From positions 19,096,001 to 19,160,000 of the forward strand of contig NC_092671.1 in assembly GCF_964355755.1 (NCBI RefSeq): a stretch of DNA of 64,000 bases, read 5' to 3'. Shown one piece after another: positions 48,825 through 62,200 of the stretch. The translations under genes and the position numbers were made by a program. Numbering within the stretch: position 1 is the first letter of the stretch; each line of letters opens with the position of its first letter. This DNA comes from Antedon mediterranea (taxonomy: Eukaryota > Animalia > Echinodermata). Below the pieces are notes generated by a model that saw only the letters and a program-made list of their open reading frames with translations, was not told where the DNA came from and did not search any database.

Positions 48825-51800
48825 AATAACGTAACATACTTTGGACGTAGGTGCAAATTGAAACTTGAAAGGTATATACCCTATTAAAAAAACTTTAAAA
48901 TTATGTACATTATACAGCTGAATGTATCTTTGACATTTGATTTTGTATTATTTGCTATTCAGTATCAATTCTATTGCATGGTAAATGTTCTATTTAATGG
49001 TTATAAAATGATTTTATAACACACCTAAGTAAATTCTTGTCATTTTATTGGATGATCATGGGTCTCACATGATATTAAATAAATGTGATTCAACATTAAA
49101 CTAAATTTTTTGAATGATGTTCTTCAATAAAAGGCTGGTGACTGGTTCTGCTCTATGGCCAAAATCTGAGCACTGCATTTAAATGCCTCTCAAATGTAGG
49201 TTGACCAGGTCTGAACAACTTTTTAACTTCTTTATTTATTTTAGGCCTAATTGACATTGACATTTTTCTATGACCTGGATTTGTATGTTTACAAATAGTA
49301 AAAAAATCAAAGGTTATCTAATGCACTTTAGTATTAAAAGATTAAATGATATGTTGATATTTCCATTAATTTGATGTTTTACTTGGAAGGCAAAGTTAAT
49401 AACTCAATATTATAATTAAGTTAATGATAATTTGATACAATATAAAAAGTTGTAGGACTGCATGCGATTGTCAGATCAGACAGCCTGTGGAAATACATAT
49501 GATAAAATCAGAGGTTTTGGCTAACATGAAATGTGTACGGATGAAGATACCTGGTTACCTGCCAACGGACACAAAAAATGACAAGAAACATAAATGACAT
49601 TTGATGTCGACATTCTCAAGGTTATATTTAATGTGTATAATGTTATTCTAAAATTAGGTGGGATACTTAAAAGTTTAACTTAATCGTGCATTATTACATT
49701 TTGCCGTCATCAACCACATACTTCAACTTCAAGCAGAATAAAAAATAATTTTAAAAATCATTAATTAGTCCTCAAAAAATATGCATACAATCTTTTAAAG
49801 AAATCGTCATTTGATTCCTCTGGCCCATTCACATTTAATTAAACATTTGTCTTCTTTCAAACAAATATATTCAGATAGATTGTTTGAATATTTGTAGATA
49901 TTAAGATCAAACTTAAAGAAACATGGGTTACCTAATGTTTAGGAATGTGGAGAATTTTTTTTTAATAAAAAAAAAGGATAAACTAGGATAAAATAAAGTA
50001 GATATATTATAGAGGCTAATTGTTGCCTTCATTTTATACTCTACAATATGAATATAGTTTCCCTGAACTTAATTTTTTTTTTAAAGTTGATGTATTTTTT
50101 AGATGTAAAAGAAGAAAATCAACTTATTAAGTTTAATAAAATGGTTGGAACAACGAGTTGAAGTAAAACACAATTACTTCAAGACATAACAATTGACAGT
50201 GCACTCAACTAATCAAAATATTAATGCAATGTGAACAATTGATTTAGATATAAATCACAGGAGTATTCATATCTCATCACCTCTATATTCCTTGCATTTT
50301 AACTCAAAACCTTCAATCAACTTATTCATTTCTCTCAAATTTGTTTTATTTATAATTGAAACATGCATTCATGGTCCTTCCTATGGGAAAACAAGTTGCC
50401 ATATCCTAAGGATCAAATCTCAAACATGTTTAAGAAGATGGGAACATTTATTGGGAAGAAGAAGTTTGGCAACTAATGTCAAACCTCATGCCCAGAACAA
50501 ATGAATTCAATTAAGAAGTATGTAATCTCTACAAAACAGATATACTCCAGTGTACACTGAAAAAGACAGTAGAAATAATGTAGGTGATAATTTCAACAAG
50601 CGACTAATTTGATTTCTACAAACAGAAGGCCCAATTAATTAACAATAAACTTGCCTCATTATATAAAGCCTCTGGGGTATTAGGAGAATCACTGCTTTCC
50701 TCTGTGTGATACATTCAGAATTCAATCAACTATCTTCAATTGAATTCAGTTATCAAAATTGAATTTGATAACTTCTTTCCGACGCATAATATTTGATAGC
50801 TTTGTTTGTAGGCGATCACAGTTGTTTTTAACTTTCAACATCTTTTGTTTTCTAACACCCAACTAATGTTTCCCTAATCTATGTTAATTTAACCTTACAT
50901 TGGTCACATTAAATTAATATTTTCAAATTTATCATATAGCTTGTTTTTTTGCCCAAAGGGCAAAAGGGGAGAAATACAAAAACGTATAATCATACTTTTC
51001 TTTATCAAAAATGCTGGCCTCGGCCGCCTCACAAGTTCTGTATCTGAGCAGGAACAAGAAAGAGAGGATGCAATCGTTTTGGATTTTTTGTTAATACAAT
51101 TACCTTTTTTTCAGATTTTGCGGTAACAATTCATTAAAGTGGTTTAGTCTTGTTTTTTAATTTCATTTTTTCTCTCAATCATAGCATTTACTCATTACTT
51201 TTAAATTACTTATTCTGAACAGCTTTCATTATTTCAATTAAAGAGTTGATTGATTGATTGATTGATTGGTGAAATTAAACTAGATTTTAATCAATATTTA
51301 TACTCGCCCATTTCATATTTTTTATAATGAATTACAAAGAATATTGAATTTGGCTAACATTAACAAAAGGAAATGCTAAATTAATAAAGATATAGTATAA
51401 ATGGATATAATAGTATAATACCTTTAGGTAAAAAAATTCATGTGAAAGAAACAAAGAAGGCCTGTCCTTGTGCTAAGATCACCACAGCAGTCTGGTTGTG
51501 TTAATGATTTAATTCTGTATAAACTGGAGCTATTTAACAAATACATAGCTAAAAACATCCTTCCTTAATTAAGTATATCCTGATGATCTGGAGACGTCAT
51601 GCTCCACTGGGCGCTTACTGGCGCCTTTATTCTGACAGGTGTTAAAGTGGCGTCAAAATGTACAGACTTAATTATGTACAAAATTCAACTAGGCTGGTTT
51701 TTCCTGACTAAACCCAAACAGGATTAGTGATATGCTATCTGCTCTCATTTTATGCTACCTATACAATTTTATGTTTTGTTTTGTTTGTTATTAAAGGAAC

Positions 51801-52000
51801 TGTTAAAACTTTGTTATGATAAAGTTTTTCTTTATTTCTAAGCACATTTTAAATATAATTGAACATTTTGTGCAAAACAACTTTTAAGAGGACACTTCCC
51901 ATAACTAACAACCAATCATCAGAAAGCCTGTTTGATTTTAATATCTTATCATTACAACTAGCGTATAGTAGTAGTGGTAACTTGGATATGGTCATACTCA

Positions 52001-52662
52001 GACCCCATTTACACTTTAGCTTTTAGCGAGCCCGACGCCGGCTCGAGGAACTCTTGGAACAACCTAGCCAGCCTCGAGCCGGCGCAATTTTGATCCTCGT
52101 CTATAGTAGGTTTCGGGCGGGCCGACACTCACAGTCATAAAATGAACGTTCTGGGTCAACTATAGTTTAAAGTTTACGTAAATTACTGCTGAACCGGAAT
52201 TGCATGTATGTAAAATATAAACAAACGGGCTTCATCTACTAGGCTAGGCCTAGGCCTATGAGGCCTAGTTTCTTCGTTGAAATTAAATTAGTGAAAATGA
52301 ATTGATCTACTACTATTCTTCAGAAAAAAGACGCAAACATTAGTAGCAAAGCAATAATATAATTGTTTTGATCCATATTAAATACCGTTTTTTTTATATA
52401 AAGTTCGCTAGGCATGTGTGTAGATCGACAACGCTTAATAATGTTAACTTTTTAAGACGGTTGGTAGCACACAGGTGATATGAATGTAGCGAAATCGTAC
52501 TATCATCAAGCACTCTTCCACGAGAGAAATTGTAAACACAATAGTAGGGGTCCGAGGCCGGCTTTTTGGGTAAGTGTAAACACATTGCGGGCTAAAAAGA
52601 AATCCGGCATAGGTCCAACTTCGGGCCGGCTAATAAATCGTCGATGAAGTGTAAATGGGGTC
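52001..52662. mobile_element. PIF/Harbinger-like non-autonomous element, copy 2
   Basis: Same TIRs GACCCCATTTACACTT / AAGTGTAAATGGGGTC with 3-bp TSD TCA; colinear with 40223-41280. Confidence 0.88.
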
Positions 52663-52675
52663 TCATTTTCATTGT

Positions 52676-52818
52676 TATTCGGCAAGCTGGAATTTAGCAA
52701 ACAGGAAAATTGGAATTCAACAAACAGGGTTTCGGTAAATGGAGATTCCACAAACTAGGTTTGGTAAATTGGGATTTCATAAACTTGGTTTTGTAAATTG
52801 GGATTCGGCAAACTGGCC
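52676..52818. repeat. Degenerate 15-bp tandem repeat (GGGATTCGGCAAACT)
   Basis: About 9 diverged units, e.g. GGGTTTCGGTAAAT, GGGATTTCATAAACT and GGGATTCGGCAAACT. Confidence 0.7.
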
Positions 52819-53937
52819 TAAAACCATTTTCTGGGTGGGTACCCAGCATGTCATGTTTTCAATCAGTTTGATGCCGATAATAAGAAGTTATCAATTTCTC
52901 ATTAAACCAGTTCCAAGTTGAGCCACATTACTATAGCAATGGACTTACCATCGAATGGTAGTTAATACTTTTGTACTCTTTATTGTAGTTGTTATGTCAT
53001 TTTTTATATTAACTTTAATATACAGTTCATTCATGACAAATAAGTTTATATTGTCAAAACCATAAATTTAATTACATTTCTTTTAAATGTCAATAATTAA
53101 ATAGTTAGTTTATAAATTACAGCACATTTGGGTGGATTTTTCTTCTGTATTATGGAACAAAACAAGTCATTTTTTTTAGATTTTATTCAGATTTGGTTAG
53201 TCATATTCAAATACAGCAGCCAACAATCACTTGTACATAAAAAAAAAGACATTAAGTAACAGAAGTGACAAGACATCGGTATACCCAAGTCGATTGTGCA
53301 AGACAAAATGAAAACTCAATTCTTATGTTGCAACTGGTATATAGACTGTTAAATAAAAGATAAAAATAAAATGATCAATGGGCCAATTATATTATGAAGG
53401 GAATGTTGTCAATTTTAATATGTTGTGATGTTTTTATTACTTATTACTATGTACTTATATTTATATTATTCAGTCCTATTTTTTTAAATTGTCCCACGTG
53501 GGATGAATAAAGAATTCAACTAAATGTTAAGTAAATATAGGCGAATTAACTCTGTGACTGACAGCCTACTGAGTTGCCACAGGTATGAACAATGGAGACA
53601 ACAAAGTGCCCCTTCGTGTTATTAAGCTATCACTAAACGGCGCTCATTTGTCTGGGACTGAGATGTTAATTGCCATGATGAAAAAATATATATATTGGCA
53701 CATTAAAATGTTACCATTTTTAAGATTCTATAACCTTATTCATCTAATTAAAATGTTAACACTTGACATTGGTGCTTCATTTGTTATGAGTGTTTATTTA
53801 TAGAACTTCCTGATTTATAGGAGTTATCTTTCACCATCTTAAATGTTCGTTACCGGTACTTGCCATTTTAATTTGATACAGAGAAGAATCACATTGCAGA
53901 CCGAGGACAATATAAAGAGAACATAAAAAAATAACAT

Positions 53938-54096
53938 AAGTTGAACCCCTATTAGGGGGACACTTTTGGGACCCAACAGTGTCCATAGTGTTAAATTTTA
54001 TTGTAAAATGAAAGCCTATTGATATGAAAACAAAGTATTTTTGTTTTACTAGAAAGTGTGACCTGAATAGGGATGTCCCAAAGGAGGGGTTGTACT
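53938..54096. mobile_element. Tigger/pogo-type short MITE (degenerate)
   Basis: AGTTGAACCCCT..GGGACAC at left and GTCCC..AGGGGTTGTACTG at right. A related fragment lies at about 40020-40150. Confidence 0.45.
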
Positions 54097-55494
54097 GAAA
54101 TAAAATTATTTTTATTTAACATCTTATCAAAATTAATAATTACAAAACTTTGATTTAGGAATTTCACCTTATGAAATAGAAAAAGGAATGGCCAAGCAGC
54201 TAGAAATATCAGGATTGTGTATTAATTAAAACTAAATTACATAAAGTCACATAGTAATATGGAACTTTCACTATAATAATAAAGGCACATGATGCAAGAA
54301 AATTATATTAAGATAGTTTTGCTATTCAAGAAAACATAACAATTAAAGAATTATTACAGGACCTGTTTCTGATGCACAGATTAATTTAAAAATACCAAAT
54401 CCATGGTATGAGCTGCAAATTTTTGTAAATTCATGTTTTTATAATATTAATAAATTTACTAAGATTTGCTTTTAAAACACACAGAATACTAATGTATAAA
54501 TAACATCTATAAATATTAATTATAATTGAATATTATCTTTATTTACATTTTTAACATTAGCATAAAAACATTTAGTACAGAAAATTTTTCAGCTTTTATA
54601 GTACCACTAGTTTTTACATAAAATATGTTATACTTCCGCTCACAATGTAAAAGCTATGGGTACCAGTGAAATGCTTCTTTTGTTAATACTTTAAAATTTG
54701 AAAGAAATTTACAATATTCTATTGCTTCATACAACAAATTACTACACTAGATTTATAACAATCAATGTATAGTTTGAAAGGAAGAACATTTTCCACAAAA
54801 AATGGTGACACACTGTGAACCTCTTTACCTCTTTCTTTAAATAAAAATATATTTTATTTAAATAAATACACTTTCATTATAGACTTAGGCATGTAAGCAA
54901 TTGAGGTAGCACCCTTTGAATAGGTTACACTCCAGATGGCCTACAAGCCTGTTGAAGTACCTGTACATTGCTTCAAAAACATATGCTATGCCAGCAAGTG
55001 TTGCACCACAAACCCAACCAAGTAAAAACCATCACAATACATCTTATTATATGCATTCACCGACAACTTTACGAACAAATAAAGGCAGAAATAAACTTTT
55101 ACAAGCATGAACAACGAGAAAGTTCTACAAAATCATAAAAAGCAAAACCTTTGTTAGATGTAAAACTACAGTAGTATGCCAATACAAGAGTAGTGCTTTT
55201 GGGTTCATATAAAAAGTATTTTGTTGGGAATGATGCTTAGAAAATATGGTTGATACTATTCATATGGACATGAGGTGCCTAGCCTGCAAATTGCACTTAC
55301 TTTTAAAATTGTACCAGTAATATAGTTTTTTAGGAGGTAAAAAATAATTTTTAGTTTTGAAAATAGATTTTTTAAATAATTTAGGTGGGTGCAATCGCAT
55401 CTGGTCCAGCTTAGCATCTGATTTTTTCATGTCTTATTCTAGATCTCCAAAATTAATAAAGAAAAACATACATTTAAAGTTACACTGCCTTTAA

Positions 55495-56548
55495 CACTTT
55501 GACTGCCAAACACGAAGATCTTCGTTTTTGGAAACACAACGCTTGACTGCCAAACACGAAGATCTTCGTTTTTCGCGTTTTTTTACGAAATCCGGTAGAC
55601 AGGTTAATTATTGGTTTATACTATAAATATGAACACTATATTCGGTCTGGACCGTGAATATTTTACATTTTGAAAGTAACTAATCTGGTTACGAACGATT
55701 GTCAAAATGGTACCTGTCGAAATAACAAACACCGCGCATCACAGTAGCACGTAGAGCGATGGCTTGGCGCATTGAGTATCGGTCGCGCCCTAGCTATGCC
55801 GTCGAAGCATTACAAAGGTTTTTTGTGAATTGACATGTTTGTTTGTTATCTGAATAAAAAATAATGGAGTCATTTTCAATATGAAGTCTTTAATTTTATT
55901 ATTGTATGTATACCCTAATTGTTTTGGTGTTTTACTGAAAGTGACCGAGTTTCACGCAACAAACTTGTTTTGAAATGGTATAGATATTATCATTACTTTA
56001 CTATCTAGGCTAGGCTAGTAGTAGTACTAGGCTAGCCTAGGCCTAGGCCTAGTCGTAAAACGGTTCCGGACCAACTTTAGGCCTGGTTAACTAGGCCTGG
56101 TGTCTTTACTATGTGGATTTTGGCAAAACATTGATGTAAGATTTGTGATTTATAAAATGTAATACATTTTTCGATAGTGATAACTTGTTTTTTAGGCCTA
56201 TCGGTGCCGTGTAAGTAACTTTTTCGTTGTTTGTTGATCTCACCGGGCGATATTTTCATATTGTGATGTCTTGCACAAAATCGCGAATATCTCGACTTTC
56301 TTGCGCGAAACTACGAAAAACTAAAAAAGTGTGTTACTTTCATTATACTATTACAATTTACATATTGCGATTAAAAATCGTTCTTGGTACCCTTGTAAAG
56401 CTAAAATCTTTATGATTATTTTAGTCTAAATTACATATAAATCAGATCACATACATGGTTTCAATCAGCTTTAATAAAAACATCGAATTGGGCTAAAAAC
56501 GCTGGCGGTGGCAGTTTCTAACTGGAAAAACCTCTGGCAGTCAAAGTG
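55495..56548. mobile_element. piggyBac-like non-autonomous element
   Basis: TTAA|CACTTTGACTGCCA .. TGGCAGTCAAAGTG|TTAA: perfect 14-bp TIR with TTAA TSD. A 31-bp subterminal direct repeat TTGACTGCCAAACACGAAGATCTTCGTTTTT occurs twice. Confidence 0.88.
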
Positions 56549-57336
56549 TTAAATAAATCATACTTATTAATTTCACTTAAAACAAATACAGTAGTAACAT
56601 TAAATTATAACATTATATTTTACCTGCTTTAACGCCAGATAGGTAAAGAGCATGTTATTTCAATCTTTTTGAAATAAGTCTGTTTATTATAAAATTAAAC
56701 TTTCTACTTTTACTTTAGTTTTAGCCAAATGAAGAAAGTAATGTATATCTATAAACAATTTACTGATGCAACGATTAGCATTTAAAATGAACGAATATTA
56801 TTGTCACTTTCTCTTTAGTTATATTTAAGTTGAAATGTTGAAAACATTCAACTGATGTTAGTGCTATAGCCGTTTCGATTTGGTTTGGCACGTGGATCAT
56901 ATCCAGAGGAAATCAGAATTTACCTTTGTAACGGAAGAAACCACTTCATATGAATCAGCAACATGGTTAGAAAGTAACGTATTGCAATGTTGTCATCTTA
57001 CTACGGTGACATGGACCAGGAATAAATGACAAACACCAGATACGTTTAAGTTGTCTTCCACTTTCAATTCATAAGTGAAGTCTTTACCTTACGATATGGT
57101 TGCATTCACCTGACATATAAAGACATTGCACGTGAGCATAGGACGTGTTTTCCTCTGTGTGGTCAGATATATTAACTACAATTAACTGGTCTATGTCAAT
57201 GTCGGTCCAAGTACCCTAGATTTTGTAGAGGTAACGCACAAATATAACAGCTATAATGAGTTATGTAAAAGTAAAATGACAATACTATATAGTGGAAATA
57301 AACATAGTAAAGTGAAAAAAAATCACAAAAATTTGC

Positions 57337-57723
57337 TATAGAGTATCACGGTGCTGATGTCACGACAGTAGGTGGCGCTGCGTGGTTGCTAGCGCACCCA
57401 AAAATGCGTTCAACCTGCCTGAGTGACTCCAAGGTCACCAATGGTTTGGAATAGGCTTATTGAAGTGGTCATTTTAAAACTTAATAATTTTCAAATAAAA
57501 CAAACTAAAATTTCAAAAGATCACTAGTAAATATTTGTTTTTAATAATCTATTTATTCTTCAACTACAGTTTAAGTTAAATAAAATCAAGCTAAGATACA
57601 TAATTTGATAGAAATACAGATCTTTACAGTTTATCAACATAGTAGCGTTGAACGCATTTTTTGGTTTGCTAGCAACCATGCAGCGCTCTCTATCGTTGTG
57701 ACGTCACACCGTGATACTCTATA
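57337..57723. mobile_element. MITE with ~80-bp imperfect TIRs
   Basis: TATAGAGTATCACGGTG..GGTTGCTAGC..AAAAATGCGTTCAAC is mirrored by GTTGAACGCATTTTT..GCTAGCAACC..CACCGTGATACTCTATA. Confidence 0.85.
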
Positions 57724-58621
57724 AATCTGTTTACTTTTAAGTAATTCCTTTGAGTTATAGAAAATTAAATGTTTTACTACAATGTCGAGGTATGTAAATA
57801 TAAACTTCACAAGGTAATGTGAAACTTTCACTATAAAATCACATGATACAAGTGGTTTAAGATAATTTTACTATTCAAGAAAGTAAAGTATTAGAGGGCC
57901 TGTTTCTGATGCAGAGATTACATAGCCTGCAAAAAATTACCTTTGTTTATGGAGATATTAAAATGATGAAGACGACAGATTTTCTCAGTTTTAGGATTTT
58001 TTTTAAAACAATTAATTTTACATCTCTTCCTCATTAAAGTTGGAGCCTCAAGACATGTTTTACTATTTGCTATTTTATTAAAGGAATGATGGTAAAGCAA
58101 AACAAATTGGGGGAGGGGGTGCAATTATCATGATCACAGTCATTTGATATACTGTATGAACTAAAACATAAGAATGATGGTAAAATATCAATTTTTATGT
58201 AACTACCGGTAGCTCAACATGTTTTTAAAAGATATTTGTCATTTTTTGCTGTAAAATAAAAATCCCTATAAAATTAATTCATAAAAATATGTTCTAGAAT
58301 CCAATACAAAATGTAGCAAAAGTTTTTTATACAGAATACAGAAATGTTATTGGTCTTAATATAATAACAATTAGCTATTGGCAGTCATGAGTAAAAACAC
58401 TAAATAAAAAATAAATAGTAGGCCTAAAAAGTTGAAAACCTTAACCTTAATATTAACGGGTGATGTCATCATTCTATAAACTGTTTGACATCGTACCTTT
58501 GCAACAGTTGCGTTCACATATTGCTTGGATGATGAAAGTTTAAGAAAATATCACATCATCACATAAAAACAAGTTGTTCATGTTTATGAAAAGTTTTAAG
58601 CTTTTATTGATACTTGGTTAA

Positions 58622-59251
58622 AAATACCTTCCCTAAAATTGGTGACGTTTTGTAAAAATAATACATTATTATATTACTTTAAAAACATTAAACCAGGTCA
58701 TTCATTGTCTTAAATGTACGTTTTGTGGTAAATTATGATAAAAAGTGAGAAACAACATGCACTACGTAAGTAGCTCGGGGCGATTGACCTCTCGTGAACG
58801 TTCTTTAGGCCTAGCCTAGGTAGGCTTAGTTTTGTAGGCCTAGCTGGTAAACATCGGTAACGTACGAACATCGTACGCTAGCTATATACCTAGCCTGACG
58901 TTGTATAGTTGCTGCATTAATTGTCTTTCTATTTTTGCCAGACTCCGTTGATACAAATTGGGAGAAAACCGGTATTTTCGATGAAAAGTTAGGAGTCTTC
59001 CATTTGTTTTGGCCTCACGATCGATCGAAAAGTGGGTGAATTACAGAAGAAAAACAAAGATATCAATCTGCGCGCAATGCATTTTGGGATTTATAGCGGG
59101 CCACTATAATTATTAGATTCAACTTATTCTTCACATTTTTAACCATTTAAAGACGAAACAAGTTATCACAATAGGACCATATAGTATTATTTTTAGATTA
59201 AATATAGTTTGTGATATTAAATTAGATCTAAAAAACGTAGGGAAGGTGTCT
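58622..59251. mobile_element. Kolobok-like non-autonomous element
   Basis: TTAA|AAATACCTTCCCTA .. TAGGGAAGGTGTCT|TTAA. Confidence 0.6.
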
Positions 59252-62200
59252 TTAAAGTTTCGATTTTAAACAAGTTTCTCATAGCAAAATGTTTACCCAA
59301 TACTTACATATGTGCAGTTTAATTTATTTAAGAGAGCTAGGGCAGGGTATGCTGTTGCATTTTGGAACATACCAATAGGCTAATTTACACAAACGAGCTA
59401 TAACAGTAAGCGGAAAAACCGCATTTTGTGTAAATGGTCATAAGAAATAACACAGATTCTATTCTTGTTTTCCGCTTACTGTTACCGCAAATTGGCCTCG
59501 ATCGCACTAGAATTTATTTAGTCAAATTAAACAAGTCGGCGACTAGAGTAACCAAGAAAAGTCCCATCTGAACAGTGGCTACAATTCCCATAGGGTTAAA
59601 TTAACAGTCAGAAAGTTACTTTTACCGACCACTGCTTGCCCAATAAAACTAAAAATGTGGCTAAAAAGTCCAAATCTGAACGTGCGACTCTTGTGATGTA
59701 ATGAAGTGCGAACAATGGTCAAATCTTCTGATGACATTGGGTAAAGGCATGTTTATACTACGAGGATAACGATCGACTATAAATTTATAAAATTACATTT
59801 TTCTTGCATGCAACAAAAGAAGTTTTTATTCTAGAATTATAGAATAACCATTTATGCTGTCTTTGATAAAATGATATTTTAAAAAATGTAATCAAATGAA
59901 CAATTAAGTTGTTGTATCGTCACGATATTATTGCTCTTACTAATCATGTCGTCATTGATTGGACGTGTGAAAATGTTATTTTGATCAAAGGAAGCATGCA
60001 TGGTCATAATAGTTCTATGGTGAAAACTTTCTTTTGTTTTATGTAGGAAAACTACATATTTATCTATTTATCTCTTTATATTTTTAGGATAAATGGGCCT
60101 TAAAGCTATTTATTGCCTCATGACTTTTCATTTATTCTGTATCCTGTACAGTATGTCAGAAATGAATGGAAAAACATTTTTTGATTTCTAGTAGTAAACA
60201 CAAGAAAAGGCCACTTTTTAATACTCAAGTCTATTTATTTAATATTTAATAAGATATATTTTTTATTTAATAACTTTCAAAATATTTTTACACAAACTGT
60301 ACATACAGCTCCCTTAATATAAAATATAATAATTTATTTAACGAAAAACATTATCATGTACATAACATTATACAGGTAGCTACGTTCATATCAATGTTGA
60401 TACTTCAAACTATAATTAAAAATAAATTTAAATTATACTAGTTATAAAGAAAGCAGTGATGGTTTCTCAACAGTTTAATTAACAACCTTCACGATATACA
60501 CATGAATTATTACGTAAAGTTGACGGCATCTTCATAATTAAATCACACTCAACGTTATATTAACCTTCACTTGCTTTCTGCAATTCATGACATTTTCCCC
60601 CTGCCATTAAGCATTTTCCCCCTCGCCCTCATCATTCGCACGAACGAAAGGATATGATTAATTAGATGTGTTGAAAATGTTTCGCTCAATATCATTCCGA
60701 GTGAATCAGCTTATAATAATAACAATGTTAAAAATACTTAATTTTCATATTCATAATTCATAACATATAATACTATAGAAATGATTAATTATGAAGCACT
60801 TTACAACAATTATATATTCAACCCATAAAAGATCCAATCACTTATTTGATAATTTTCCACAAATTGATTTATTTGTTATGACTTTCATATAGTAAAAGAA
60901 AAATAATATTACTGAAAATTCATACAAAATTTCACCGGAAATTTCACTCTCTGAACACAAGTTTGTGGGAGAGGAAACGTCCTAAGGACTAAAATATAAA
61001 TACATCAGATAATGTCCAGAAAAGCTCCCGATTATGTTGCTTCCAGTGTCAATGGAGGATCTACTGTAGGATCTTTGGATTTTTTAGTGGTGGCTAAAGA
61101 AGTGCAAAAATGCTGAACTAAACCTTAATGTCAGATCTTTTTCATAGTAATTTTTGGAAATCGAGTCCCCATCAATCCACCTTTGATGTTAAATACCTCT
61201 GGGTAAAAATAGACAATCCATTATTTTTATTGGTTTAAAATTAACAAACAAAATTAAAATTATAAAATATGAATGTCTTTAAATGTAAATATAGTTCTTC
61301 ATCTAAAACTCAATCTTTTTTACCCTTTGGCCTCAAATTGATGCATCATCTAAAAACATGTTAAAAAATATGTATTGATATCTGTTAACATTTCCTAGTG
61401 TCAGGGCTCTGCTCGCAAACCGCAATTCAAAGAACATACTGTCATTTCCCTCCTTCTTACAGGTAGCTGAATCCCCACAGAGGGCTACAACAAGTCTTAA
61501 AATTTAGCTTCTTCCGACATCAATCCTCTTTATATTTTATATCACATGACTTTTCAAGGTGAACGGACGAGTACCTAGGATCTGCGTAACATCTTGCCTA
61601 ATCCTACAAGACAAATATCAACATACTCCAACTGGTCGGTTTGATTATGTCACCATAGATTAAATTAGAAAAATTCAAATGTATGAATTTTGCTTGTTAT
61701 TCGAAGATTAGTGAATTACTGAAAATGAGTGCTAATGAAAAATACTTAAGAACATACTTGTTCAATTAATTCTTATGTTTTCACTCGTAATGTGTGTTTC
61801 CCAATTCCGTCAATTTTAATGTGCTTTTCATTTTAGATTCAGTTTAAAAAATAGATCCAAGTTGTCAACAAGTAATTTATAATTTTGTACACTAACATTT
61901 TTTTTCTACATTTTTCTAGGACTGTAAATATATAACAAAACAAATAAATTAAATTAAATTATTGCCAATAGAACATTTTATTACTTTTTAGATTCAGTTT
62001 TAAAAAAAAAGCTTTTGTACACACTACATGTTTCTGTAACAAAATATTATTTTATAGTACATTTTATCACAAACAATGTGCACAAACGATACAGTATCTC
62101 TAAACAAAGTCTTATTTTGGGATTGTAAAAAAATGCACCTAGTTAGAGTACATTGAATTGCAGTAGCTTTGGTGTCAATTTAGTCACACATCAGCCACTA

